Of a DNA stretch of 20,000 nt, positions 1-12,694 are shown piece by piece (the stretch's first letter is position 1; each line of letters opens with the position of its first letter). The notes below the pieces were generated by a model, which did not search any database, was not told the origin of the DNA, and saw only the letters and a list, made by a program, of their open reading frames with translations. The position numbers were made by a program, and so were the translations under genes. The DNA comes from Catajapyx aquilonaris (Eukaryota). The stretch covers positions 107,129 to 127,128 of the forward strand of contig KZ538311.1 of the NCBI GenBank assembly GCA_000934665.2, in the 5' to 3' direction.

Positions 1-847
1 CCCATTAATTGCCTAATTATAGGGAAATGATCTAATTACACATTTTCATTACAAATCCCGGGTACGGTCCAAGGAGAGCAACAGCTTTATTATTCATTAC
101 ACGGCTCCAAACCACGCATATGTTTCGGGCCCCACAGATTGTGTAATAAGAGAAATGCGTTCTGTTTTTTTTGTGATCCTCTCCCCAACGCAGAGGCGGC
201 ATAAATCCAGTGCTCACGACCCTGCAATTGGATGGTGGGCGTAATAATAAATAAGATGGGGGGAGATCCGGTTTGCGCTATCCGAACACCATCATGATGA
301 GCATAAATCTGAGGGCTCTTCTTCTCCCGGAAAAAAATATCCTTCCTGCGCTGCGTAGGCTTAGGAAGCAATTGCTACCAACGCCTGCATGGGCCTTCCC
401 AATCTCATTGAAGAGGAGTTTTTAAAGGTGGGTGGGGAAAGTCCTTACCAACAACCTTAGAAGCATGCTCATTAATCACAGGGTGGTGACTGTCAAGCCT
501 TTTCCTTGCCCCCTCATGCCACCAACTCCATTTCTTATCCCTTCAAGACAGATGGAGTTCCACTTTGATCAGTCTTTTGGGAGGGGGGGAGAGCCCGAAA
601 CAAGGACCAGGCTTCCCTTCCGAAAAGTTTGGGAGTGACGGTGTTGCCAAATTTTTTTTGCAGGGTGCTAGGTGCAATTAACGGTGACGATGAGCATATC
701 CTTCGGGGCAGGAGAGGAAACTTTTCGGAGGCTACAAAGGCTCCAAAACTTATTTTTGGAAATTAAATTTTTGAGGGTGTTGCAAGCCAAGGGGTTTTGA
801 CAGGCTCGAGCTACAAACGGCATCACGAAATGTTCCCATTGAGTTAC

Positions 848-868
848 AGAGAGAAAGAGAGAGAGAGA
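848..868. repeat. (GA)n microsatellite, interrupted
   Basis: AGAGAGAAAGAGAGAGAGAGA. Confidence 0.8.
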
Positions 869-1712
869 AAAAATGGGGGCGAGTGGGATAAAAATCGATT
901 CGAGTATAGTTGGCAATTTCGACATGTCGAGTATTGGGGGGAAAAAGGGGGGGCTGTCAATTTGCATTCAACTATGAAAGCCATCAGCAGTTTGATGCCA
1001 GGCTATACACAAAAATCTGATTTAATCTAGAAAAAAAGGGGGGCAGGTTGGGAATTCGCGTTTTAAAAGTACGTCAGAGTGAATTACACTTCAAAATTTG
1101 CAGTACATGGCTGAAGTAACGCTGTATTGGTAAAACACTTGTACGTCAATCAGTTTATTACTTGCTGTATCATGAACAGTTTTTCAGAGTTAAAGACTGA
1201 TGCCATAGTATGTTTCTGAAGCTTGCGGAAGTGTGAACGAAATTAAAATTAACATATACTTTTCGTACTGAAACTGTATAAGAGAAACTGAGATTATCGG
1301 TTCCGACAGTAAACCACAAAAAATGCGCTTATAAAGTTACTTTATTTTACCATTCTCACTTTGCACGTACAATTTTCCACCTAATGCCGTCAAAGTATAA
1401 CTAATGAGCGGAAAATAATATCCCGAAAAAACGCCGGTTTACAATCGGAAGGGTCGCCACAAAATTCTCCTGTTGTTCATCAACCCTTCCCCCTTTAAAA
1501 TGAGAGCACTTTTTTATCTTCATTATTGCAATGATCCCTTTGTGAGCACCGGCGCTGCATACTTGAAGCGAGTGAATCATTCAAGGGTTGTTAGGCGGTG
1601 CCTATGCAGCCTCACCCTGCTCTCTTAGCACAGATTGGGGAATACTTGGAGTGGCCTCTCAGAGGCTCGTTTTCAACACATGAATGTGTTGTTTTTTTTC
1701 ATCCACTTTCTT

Positions 1713-1728
1713 TGCCCTCTAGTGGTCA
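1713..1728 (-). promoter_or_regulatory. Candidate CTCF-binding site
   Basis: Minus strand TGACCACTAGAGGGCA closely matches the CTCF core CCASYAGRKGGCR. Motif match only. Confidence 0.45.
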
Positions 1729-2147
1729 ATTTTGGCCGACTTCGGGGCACCTTTAGCCTCATCCTACTTGATAAGAGACCCTAATTTGAATCCATTATCC
1801 TGTATATTCAGAGCCACCAACAATCCTTTCCTGTTCGGCAGGAAGTCTGCTTGCAAGGGGCTCATTCCTTCCATATGGCAGGACTACCATTAATTTTATT
1901 TTACAGTGAATCGTAGCGGAAAAAATGTGGTCCTCACGCTGAATGGACCCAACCCCACCTTGGGAATGGCAGTGGTGCAGAAAATCGTAAAGTTGGGGGG
2001 GCCTTATCTGCATAGCAATGGTACCGTAGTGCAGCTGACACAAGTGCAGATATCCGACAGAAAAGCATCCGGGCCAACGGGTTAGTTCGGGCCCCACTTA
2101 CAACCATCTAGTGACCTTACAACCGCCCCAAGGATTTACATCAGAGT

Positions 2148-2183
2148 CCCCCCNNNNNNNNNNNNNNNNCCCCCCCCCCCCCC
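2148..2183. other. Assembly gap (16 N, 2154-2169) inside a poly-C tract
   Basis: C6, N16, C14, then an A-run. Confidence 0.97.
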
Positions 2184-2859
2184 AAAAAAAAAGTGATCGA
2201 TTATTCCTTTACGGGTAGCGAAATGAGAGTTGAGACCTACTATCTGGACGGGCGCCTTATACGATTGCTGTCGTTCAACTGCAAGTAAGGTGGGGGGGTA
2301 GAAAGGATCGAAAGTGGAAGCCATCTTAAAAGCTTTCCCTAGAGCCAAGAATCAAGATCCTGATGGAAGATCGGAGACTCTATACTATATACCTCCCCGC
2401 TTTAATTGTGTACGTGGATTTCCTTAGAGACGTTGCTTGTTGCCTTTTCTCAACTTTGTACCGCGCCGCCTCTCTCTAACTCAGCTTCGATTTACACTCT
2501 GAAATTACATCACGTGCGCCAGAGATAGAGTTGCCAAGAGGTGTCAGATAATGGCCGTCTGATAACAGTGTCAACCACCAGAGAGTTTTTATAAGGGAGG
2601 ATAATGAGGTGTGTTCGAAGGTGTCCTATGCGTCCGTTTAGGTCGTGCCATCAAGCAAGATGTGGCGTCGTTACAAGCACTGTGAGGGAATGGAGTTGTG
2701 TTAGAGACACTGGGAGGTTTTCCAAGAATTCTTGGGTGCTCGTTGGGTTGCATCATGCAAGGATGAAACAAAGCGTTAAAAATTACATCTCACATTTGAT
2801 TCAGCAGTGGATTCCAATTATTTCGGTAACGAATCTTTGAAGACCAATAATAATTGACA

Positions 2860-2919
2860 TCTCTACATAAAGCAAGAGTTCACGCTCAGAATTTGTTGGT
2901 GTTGTTACGACACACCCTG
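2860..2919. mobile_element. Right end remnant of a CAGGGTG-type Tc1/mariner MITE; inner boundary uncertain
   Basis: ACACCCTG followed by TA (2920-2921). The reverse complement CAGGGTGT-N15-ACAAATT has the same layout as CAGGGTGT-N15-ACAAACT at 19802. No clear left end found. Confidence 0.4.
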
Positions 2920-4615
2920 TACAGTTCAAAAAGGGCCGAACTTCTTATCTGCTGTGCCCATCAAGCACTTTTCTCTCCCAAAATGACCGCTGAAGCATCG
3001 CGCTCGTTAAGGCAGGGCAAAAGGCTCGAGTAAACCCCCTCCCGCCCTTCTGAATGACCACAAGTGGACTCCAGGTTTTTCATTATGGCGTCGACCGGAC
3101 CCCCCTCTAGTAATAATCATGGAGGATGTGATAAAGCTGGGTGCGAGCTATAAAAACCGCACAAGTGGAGCAAACGGTGGAAGGGAATAAGAAAACCTCC
3201 CCCCTTCTTCATCCAACCAACCCCACTCTCTTCTTCCAAAGTGATTGACGGTTTTGGCCGCCTTGTAATTCAGCTCACAAGCAGCCTAGGCAAGGTTTAA
3301 AGTTCGAGAGAAGGGAAAATGTGGCACGCTGATTTCCATGGGAGTAATCAGAGTGCGCAGTCTTGAAAGCCAAGGAAGAAGAGAGGGTGTGGGTAGGGAG
3401 AGGGGATGTTATAGCGGTCCTGTGGTAATGGAGGCGATTCAGAGTAGCGATACGATCTTGGGGAGAACAAAGTTCGTTAGACTGGGGAGGGGGGAGGGGG
3501 AAAGAAGAAAGAAAGAAGAAGGATATAGGGACGCTTTTGCTGAGACATGACTATTGTTTTATCCGTGAAAGTGGTGTGTATACAGCATCGGCGCCTCCGA
3601 TGCCAGCAAGGAAAGTCAAGGGATTTGTCTTGGTGGACATCTTTGAGTGGGACCGAAAACAGAAGAAGAATGCAGGACCTGAGTATACACCGGTGCACAA
3701 AACATTCAATAGGATTTGGAATTTTGCTGCCCTAAAAAGTTATTTAGAGCACGTACATTTGTACACATGCATCATGCTACATTCAAAACCAGGATGTGCA
3801 AACAGCTGTTTGACTTCCACAGCTATTAGTTCGCATTTAGGTATGAACAAAGCCTGCTGTGCCACTATACGTATTATGTAACTAATTTTAGACATTTTTG
3901 TGGGGATGCGAATTTTTATTAGTCGTACAGTACCAGCAGCTCAGAAAAATAATGTTGCATGATGCCACTCAACCCGGCTGAGTGCCACGTTATTAATTTT
4001 GTGTGCAGTAACTCAGCAGTATTGTAGGTTTATAGGACTGCCTTTCAAACTTGTCTCCGATATACCGAAGAACGATGTTGACGTCAATATCGCAAAGTCT
4101 GACCAAAAACCGGGTGTATTTACGTTGGACATATCAGAGACGGATCCTTTTTCTGTGTGTAAAGAACCCATTTCCTATATTATATGAGTCGCATCAAAGG
4201 GCTCTAAATAAAAAAAAAGGAGAAGCTTTCTCTCTATCAACTGCTAGACATCATGGCTTTAGGCTACAGAAGAGGAATGAGTGGCGTTTCCTTCTCTCGC
4301 TTCTGGTTTTTTCTCTCTCCGTTTGACCTCCCAGTTTCGACACACAACACTGTAACTTCACAATAGGGTATAGCTACTTGAAGAGAAAAGCGCAAGGTAT
4401 TATGTGGACTTTCTTGCCTTTCCCGTTTCGAAAAGTTTGGCTGAAAGGCAAGGCAATTAGGAGATCCGTAGAAAAGCTCTGTCGTTGAAAGAAGCCCGAG
4501 TCTTTAAAAAAGCGAGTGTTCATTCCTGTATTCAAAATTGCAGCCTTTTAGTTCAGCTTTCTTATATACGCGCATATATTTATGCACTACCAATTTTCAT
4601 GGGAAAATGAAACAG

Positions 4616-4892
4616 AAAATTATTCATTCCTCTGCCTAATTTTATTCGTTTATTCAATCGTTTTATTCAATTCGTATCAGCACATAAAATTATTCATTTC
4701 TCTATATATTTTATTTACCTCGTATCAGTGTATGAAATCATTCTCTTCGTCGTATTATAGGGCATAAAATATCAAATTTTGTGCGATTGCGATTACGCTC
4801 GATTCATGAGCTGGCTCGACTCTAATTAGACGAATTTTATTCCGACAATGAATTCCTGGAGTAAAGGGAGCTCGACAATTTCTCCAGCCCTG
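4616..4892. mobile_element. Probable hAT-like element end with degenerate subterminal tandem repeats
   Basis: AAAATTATTCATT(C/T)CTCT...TCGTATCAG units start at 4616 and 4686, with multiple TATTC and GCTCGA motifs. Ends in CCAGCCCTG (4884-4892; reverse complement CAGGGCTGG, a hAT-like terminus). Partner end not found. Confidence 0.35.
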
Positions 4893-7800
4893 ATTGCCGC
4901 TGACAGCCGGAATAAGGCAACCTGGAAGCTTACAGGCCGTTAACTAGACGCAGCCTTGTTTTTACGACTTCTACTCTCTCCAGAAAGCATCATGCAGACG
5001 CCTACAAAAGGTGTATAAGTCGACTCAGAAAGACTCTTCCTTTTTTTTTTGAGGCCCACTTTCTGCATTGCGGAGAGCATTGTTACAAGTCGTAAAAATC
5101 GAGGGGGTGATTTACACTGATCTCCTTCTATTTTTGCACTTTGTCAATATTTTTCGAGTCCATCCGATATATCCAAGGCCTTGAATGGTAGCTTCGATCC
5201 AAAATGAGACATTGCAAATAGGGTGGGTGGCATTATATCAGGAAAAAAAAGGGGGCGACTTGGAAGGAGGGATCTGAAGCATCCAAGTGCAAGTGATAGG
5301 TGTCGTGTGTAAATCGCAAGGAGCGGCTTTTGGCCAACGTGGTTTTGGCAAAGTGGACTGCTCCTCTTTTTTTGTGCAAAATTCCAAGAGGCATTGTATA
5401 CTATCGACGTTTACTTAGAACGATGCACTAATTACGCTGCTAAATGAGGGATGTAAAATTATACTAATTATGCCCCCCCATGGCCTGAAAAAAAAGAATA
5501 TGTAATATATTCGGTCATTTTGGGGGAGGACGAATCTTTTTTGGCAGCATCACAAAGGGGAGGGGGGTGATTAATTCGTATTTTAACCCCGGATTTGACA
5601 CAGGGAACTCTGCCAGAATTTGGCTCAGGGTACACCAAAGAAGAAGTTGCGGGAGGAGATAAATGTAATACCTTTTGTCAGCCCTTTCGGCTGGAGCAAT
5701 AAAAATCGCGGTTACGTAAAGTCGTTCCTGGTGACGTCATCTGAGCCTGGGGATTTTTGCATATCCTTGCCCCGAGAATGGCGCTATTCTGTTGACGCTT
5801 TACTATTGATTTTGCAATGAAAATAGGCACGCACGTAGCTGCATTAATTTTGATGCCCCCTCCTCCCCACCACCCTCCACATCCTCTTACTAGAAATTCA
5901 ATATCAGAATATCTGGCAGTACCTTTTTCCCCAATGATACTCATAGGAATATCTCTAATACTGATGCAAGGAAATGGCAGGGTTCGCTTTCATTTCCTGC
6001 ATCTCTTCAGTGTCTGATACTAAAAATGATGGTAACGACATTTGGAGCGATTTTTTTTAAAAAAAGTGGTGTGGTGAATCAGTTAAATACACTTTATTTC
6101 ATAGTGTGAGGGAAGCTGTGCAGATTCTACTGTGGGTGTATCTATGCAGTTCTATCCCCCTCTGGCCGAGAGTGGAACGGGCAAGCCTTCCGCTCAATAT
6201 AGGGAAAGGAAGGCCGAGGAGCAAAAAGTGATTCATGACAGTCCAACTACATAAGATGTGGCCCCAGACCAGAAGGAGCTAGGAAAAGAGAGAGAAAGAG
6301 AAGGGGGTGAAAGGATAGTAAAGAAAGAAAGAAAGAAGTGATGGCAGATGCTTCTCTGGACCAGGGAAGCTGGCGACGGCCCCTGGAGAAGAGCACCACC
6401 CCCCTTCGGATTGTGACAAATCAGGACGCGTTACTTTTTGTCACCTCTGATTCTTGACAGGTGTCCAGGATGTCGTCCTGGAGAATGCGAGCCTTTCTCT
6501 CGGGAGGTTGTGGTGGCGCTTCGACGTCGTTTCGGTCAAGAAGAAAAGAGGAGCAAAAAAAAAATTTGATTCAGACATTCATCAAACAACTCCGAAGATG
6601 GCTTGATCATGTTACAGTTTACAGAAAATGTGTAGGATTTCCGTGCAAAAAAAATATTTGCTCCTTCATTCAATATTAGCAATAAATCTGCTAAAGAGTT
6701 AGTTCTGGCAGTCAGATCAGATATAAACATAATGAGTGGAATTTTTCTGAGCTAGCAGTAACTATAGCAGTGGGACCCAATATCAATGAGGTTTTTTTTT
6801 AAAGAGGCGCATAATTATTCTTGGCATTTCAGAAACCAATACATTTTACTTTGACATCATGATCTGCCTAACATATAATTTATTATGATAATTATGTGAT
6901 TTTAATTAGTTATTTTTGATTTGGCGTCAAGCAGTAGCATGTTATCAATATTATTGTGTGAGCCGGCTGAAGAAAGACCAACTATACCAAGTTTTTCAAG
7001 AGAGCAAGTTAAAGTTACGGCTGCTGTCTGATACTGTTTAAAAATTATTTAAAATGCTGCTATAAATAGGTTTATTCTAGAAAAGTGTGAATAAAGTAGG
7101 ATAGCTGAAACCAGTGTCCGTGTTAATAATGCAACCTATAATTCAGTGAACCCTGAATATAACGGAATTTCTCCGGCCTGTTAAATTTTCTTTAATTAAT
7201 AGTACTCCGTTTCATGTTACACGAGAATTGCACTGAAATCCTGGGTCGAGACCAAACAAAAATTCAAGCTTCACGCACCTTCATGTCTCTAATTCACTCA
7301 AATCGGCCCTGCATTTGAAAACGCAATTTATGTAAACACGAATATGTTTGCCAGGAATTATGAATGCTGTTTATATCACCCTTATGTATTTTGCGTTGTT
7401 GCCAGTGTATGTATACCATGCGTTCCTAACAATGAGGATTTCATGCATGAATTGTGTGGCTGTTTATTCGTGCTGCATAATTTGACGCCTGTACTACAGT
7501 TCGCCCCACTTTTATTAATGATCCGCAACGAGGGAGACACCATCAGCGTTAAGTTAAATGCTTACCAATTAGTCAAGTGTGTTAGCACTTCAACGTTAGT
7601 GTGACTTGTCAACACGGGACAGGAAACCCAAATTATAATTCAATATTTGCCAAACGTCGCTCGTACTTCACTCCTGTGTCAGGTCATAGGATTCTCATAA
7701 AGCCTGCATTATGTTTTGCACCGCATCCTTTTTTTTCGGATGCTGAAATTACGATGTACTGTACGTATCGCAACCATTTACAATTTTAATACGCTGCCAA

Positions 7801-10800
7801 TGAAAATACGGCCGATTTAATGAGGATGACCGTGGGAATAATACAAACACCCAAACTCCCGCAACACCACATTTTGAGGTACATAAGGATCATTCGGCGG
7901 CATGTCATATACTCTCATTTTTGGTCGGAGGAACTAATCGACGTAATTTTGCTAATTACCACCGGATTGACCTGCACGTGAAATAATGGCGTATTGTTGC
8001 TGTGGTAAACTGGCTTAAATGTATGATGATGAGGAGCCGCTTTTGCTGGCGAAATTATTGAAACGCATTATCCGAGAGATGCAGTGGTTCATTCCAGAGC
8101 GTGACCGAAAATTGGTGTGTTGGGAGGACCCTCCAGATTTATGCAGGCTCCTCCAGGAATATTGTTGTCGTGTGACCCACATGGTGCTCCAGCACTTAGC
8201 CATAAACCATAGTTAATGTTTGCCAACGGTTTCCCCAAAACCCCGATATTTTATTGATACTAAGCTCAAACCGCTGTACATTTCCGAGGCACTGACTTTA
8301 AATGACGTACAGAAAAAAAAACTGCTTCGCTTGGTAACTGTGGAAATCTAACAGACCGCAAAAATGTTGGGCAAGCACCGAATCTGGATCAGAACCTAGA
8401 TTTTTCCTCTCAAGAAAACCTCTCAAGGACAAGCTCGTAAAAAACCAGAGAGAGAAGTTTGTTGTGCACCCACCCACCCACTGAAACGTCCTATCCAATA
8501 CGGCCTGGGTTGTATACATGTAGAGCGACATCCAACTCTTCAGGGGAATTCCTCAATTAGTTCCCATCACCAGCAGGATAGGAATGATGCCAATCAGACA
8601 GGATAAGAGCCCAGTCGAAATCTTCTGGTAGTTCAGAACCTTTGGATCTATGTTAGACTGGAACAATAATTGGCTGGATTATAGCAAAACCTTCATTGTG
8701 ACAACTTGCAGTCCCCCTAATAACAATGTGTCCACTCCCATCCCACGTGATGGTGGAAACGTACTCTGCTGGTCTGAGGTCTGATGGCAGCAGCTTCCTC
8801 TCAGAAAGTGAGCCTCTGGATCGATGGCGGCCTACATCGGGTCTCGGGCCGTGACAGAGCATACATTTGCTTCCGTTCAAAAGTGTCTGCCTGAATACCA
8901 AGAGAGAATCATAATACAAAAAGGAGGGGTTGGACCAGCAGATGAAAAATGGCCACGAAAAATGAGTGGCCCGGGCGAAAGAGACCAAGAAAGTAGTAGC
9001 TAAAGAGGTGGAGATGCCATCGGAGGAAAAACCAGACATTCTTACATGTTATCAGCTCATTTTTTTAAATATATTTTAAGAGATAAGCTCATCCTACAGA
9101 TAAGCCTAATCATCCGAGCTGTTGAATACGATTCTGTCCAGATTTTATAGGACACTGTTAGTACTGATAATAGACAGGTCTTGCGGATTAGTGGGAGTGG
9201 TTTGGTGTTTTTTTTTCTGTTGAAGGAACGAAAGGGCCTGGTTTTCTGCAGGGAGGTAAGGATGCCAAGGAAGGAGGCCTTCCATACTAGCTGGCAGACT
9301 GCCAAATGGTTCCTTTCCGCCTCCGCCAAAACCTTCACCCCTTTTACCCCACCCACCCCCACACCATAGACCTACTTTGCTCCACATCACTATTTATCCA
9401 GGAGGATACTACCTAGAGCTGTTGCTCCAAAAGCAGACTGGATCCATTGCTAGTGTTTGCAAAAGCGGGAGGGGGGGCGGGAGGGTACAGTACGGTGCAA
9501 AAAGGTACATATAATGTGGCAGGCCGGATCAATCAATAGATTTAGGCGAATACATTATCCCTGCCCACTAACGACATCGGGGGCCATTGTTGCGGAAACC
9601 GTCTTACAAAATGAGCAGAAACGTTATGGGATAATCGTCCATTAGGTGGAAATGATTTATTCTGAAGGATTTTAAAAAAAAGGAGAGAAGAAGATGGTGG
9701 AAATGGGGCTGAATGCACTCCATCTCTGTCAGTCCATAAATAACCTGGAGGCTTGGAAATTAAAAATCGAGAACTAAGGTTCGATTATCGTCATGGCCAA
9801 TTTTGCCTTGTACCCATTTTTCACGCTGCGATGCGGCATCCAGCAGCGTATATATACGCCGTTTTCTAGATTTTCTGCAAATGATAACCTCCTCACCTCG
9901 TCGCTTTGTAAACGTCGCTCTTTTTTTCCCCCCTATAGCTCTCTCGCACTCTTCATGTTTGCGCTTCGGTGGTACAGAGTTAATGAACCGGGTGATTGCT
10001 TCGACATTTTTTGCTGGGAACATACGATATTAGTTGCTACATAAATGGCTGTATTTTTATGTAATATTATTGTGATATGTCACAAACTATAGGAAAAAAT
10101 AGCCTAGTTATTTTAGTAGGTCGTATGAATTAGGCCACATCAATTTGCAAGGATCCGAGCACTTCTTGCTGCAATCCGACACAATTCTGCAAAATGTGAA
10201 GCCCTTTTCTGCACCCGCAAAAAAAAAGAAAAGTTGTTTTCAGTGGTATTTGCCCCGAGTGTTATCCCTGAAAGGAAAGAATATTGCAACCGACATTCCA
10301 ATTAGCCTTTTTCCCCGCTCCCTTACTCCCGCAGAAACTTACTTTTAGACGATATTTATATTCTTGCCGCAGAAATTGTGTCGCTCCCCTTCTTCTTGCT
10401 TGTGTGCCAATTATTGTCACAAACATGAAAATATTGCGCTGACTGTGAATGGAGCTGGAGAAAAGATTTTTCCCTCGGGCACTGAAAAAAAGAAAAAAAG
10501 AAGAAGATAAGGCTTGGGAAGTGCAGAGGGGGCGAAGAGTCCCTTATGATAAAGCCTCCCAACTTCTGACGATCTATGCCATCGGAGTCTACTATTTACC
10601 TATCTGCAGGGGTCGGGGGTCGGAGGGGGGAATGGGGGGGAAAAAAATCTGCGGGGGAATATTTTTCGCTAGTGCCGCTAATGGCCCTTTCCTTTCCCAC
10701 AGACTCTTTGAGGAGGGAAGAGATTTTTCAACAACAATAGTAGAGAAAGTAATCTTTCCGTGTCATTAACAACACCTCCTTTTACCTAAAGCTTTGTTAT

Positions 10801-10838
10801 AATACAGGCATAGATATTTTAATATCTATGAATACAGG
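10801..10838. mobile_element. Minimal DNA-transposon footprint: 8-bp direct repeats flanking two 10-bp inverted termini (P/hAT-like)
   Basis: AATACAGG (10801-10808), CATAGATATT, TT, AATATCTATG, AATACAGG (10831-10838). Confidence 0.6.
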
Positions 10839-11253
10839 CATGATCGTTGGGTCCACATCATTGTTGGTATATAATTGCGAAACATGTATTTTTGCGGTAC
10901 ATGCGGCCCTTAGCGGCATTGTTGGATTTAATTTTGATCGTGCCAATTAGTGCGATGTCGACTGCGGACAATAGGCAAGCGATAACAAGAGATTGTGACA
11001 TGTGCCGTGATTAATGGGACTGCTGTAATATTTTGAGCTGAAAAGGATACTTTATCCATTAGTTGTGCCGGTGATGAATAGCCCTGTAATGTACTGCGTA
11101 TCGCTGGTCATGGTGAAGCCGATTGGAAAACGCAATAGAGAAGCAGGATGTCAGTTAATTATTTATATGAAAAACAAGCCGACATGAACATTATTTATTG
11201 TAAACGTCCTGTTAATTTTGATTCGATGCTATATGTACTATAGTACCTACATA

Positions 11254-11655
11254 AGGGTGCTTCTATAATGCATCCCAAGCATGTGAATTCAGAACATAGT
11301 TTTGGAGTAATTTAGACATAATTAGAATACCCACGGAATAACTTTCTCAAAAGGTAGGCGATGACCTCTGCCCCTTACAGTCACACTAAGCGATCTGATT
11401 GGTGGAGCAGAGGAGGGGATCTGCTCCACCAATCAGAATGGTGGATACAGTGTGGTCCATAAGAATTGCTCTTTTGAAACCCTTGAGTGTATTGCTTAAC
11501 CACAGAGGTCGCAATATTTAGGACATGCCTCTTTTTTTTTTTTGAAATGTTAGGCTATGGGAAGCCATTTTATAATAAATTATTTCACAAACTAAAAATT
11601 ATTCATTTATTCATTTTTAAGTTATTAGCTTCAATTTGTTTTTAGAAGCACCCTG
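11254..11655. mobile_element. ~400-bp MITE, Tc1/mariner-like, with internal palindrome
   Basis: 12-bp terminal inverted repeat AGGGTGCTTCTA (11254-11265) / TAGAAGCACCCT (11643-11654, followed by G, i.e. a CAGGGTG end). AT-rich non-coding interior with an 18-bp perfect inverted repeat and a GACCTCTG/CAGAGGTC pair. The TA target duplication is imperfect. Confidence 0.6.
11394..11437. repeat. Perfect 18-bp inverted repeat with 8-nt spacer
   Basis: TCTGATTGGTGGAGCAGA (11394-11411), GGAGGGGA, TCTGCTCCACCAATCAGA (11420-11437). Confidence 0.95.
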
Positions 11656-12642
11656 TGTATGTTATCACTGCCTAGCTACATTTCGCCTATTTACACCTTT
11701 ACGAAGTGAGCTGCTCCAAAAAAAAATATGCGAAAATCCGCATCAAAAATTGAGGCCATCCGGAGCCCTTTGATTGAGCGAAACCATGACGTGACCCCGG
11801 GAAATGCACATGGACAGAGGTTGCATGGTGCAGCGAGTATGTGCCGCAGATATTTCCGGTAAAGGCCCCGGAACAATGACGTTATGAGATGAGGACGTGT
11901 TGAAGTGATGGGAACCCTCCCCACACCCTCCCATTCATCCACAACACACCACTTATCCTTGCGTGTTTGCGTGCAATGGGCGGCCAGATGAATTTCCATT
12001 GTCTACCAGGCCCCGCCGTATCCTATTTGACAGGGCTCATAGGCTTTGCGGCCTGTTTGAGGCCACCGGTCCATAAAAAATTTTCCGGAGCAAGCTGGGC
12101 CAACCAACCCAAAGCCCCATCCAATCTCCTTAATTTCGGCCATTTTCAGTAGGAAAACCGGATACATGTACACGTACGCGTCTAATACTATCATAGATTG
12201 GACCCTCTTGGCCTGCACCTCCCCCAACATTTGCATTCGTACACGGCAATTGGCCAGAGTTATTGCCGATATCCAAGGGGGTGGGAAGTGTTTTAATGCA
12301 TGCAAATGAGGCAGTACAAAACTGGCGATTAGGGAGTTTAACCACTCCTAATGGATTTCATAAAGGTGGGGGTACAAATCCGCAACGGAAGGTTTGAGGA
12401 GGGGCCGGAAGAGTGAAGCGGTTAATGATGGTCGTTCTGCACGGCTAAGTTCATATAATGGCACTCTATAATACTGTCGCGGTCCAAAGTACGGCGGATT
12501 TCGCATAGAGACGACGACGGGCTGCGTTTTATGCAATCTGGCAACACCGGAGATCTGCTATTGGTGGGAGCGGCGCATGCGCATCGAGTTAGCAACAGTA
12601 CGCAGGCGCAACCGCAAAGGATCTCTTCCAGGATTGATATCG

Positions 12643-12694
12643 GTATCGATACTTAGACCATCGATACTTAGACTGGTGTTCTAAGTATCGATAC
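12643..12694. repeat. Direct and inverted copies of ATCGATACTTAGA (contain DRE TATCGATA / CGATA motifs)
   Basis: GTATCGATACTTAGAC (12643-12658), ATCGATACTTAGAC (12660-12673) and inverted TCTAAGTATCGATAC (12680-12694). Confidence 0.85.

Noticed and set aside
6431..6540. Strong plus-strand splice acceptor (pyrimidine tract + GACAG at 6460)
   Set aside because: No convincing donor or recognisable peptide in any frame.
7144..7234. CAGTGAACCC...TTGCACTG as a tiny pogo/Tc1-like MITE
   Set aside because: The termini match over only about 5 bp and there is no TA duplication.
639..12549. 11-bp inverted pair CGGTGTTGCCA / TGGCAACACCG as ends of a 12-kb transposon
   Set aside because: No target-site duplication and no transposase remnant; the motif is common.
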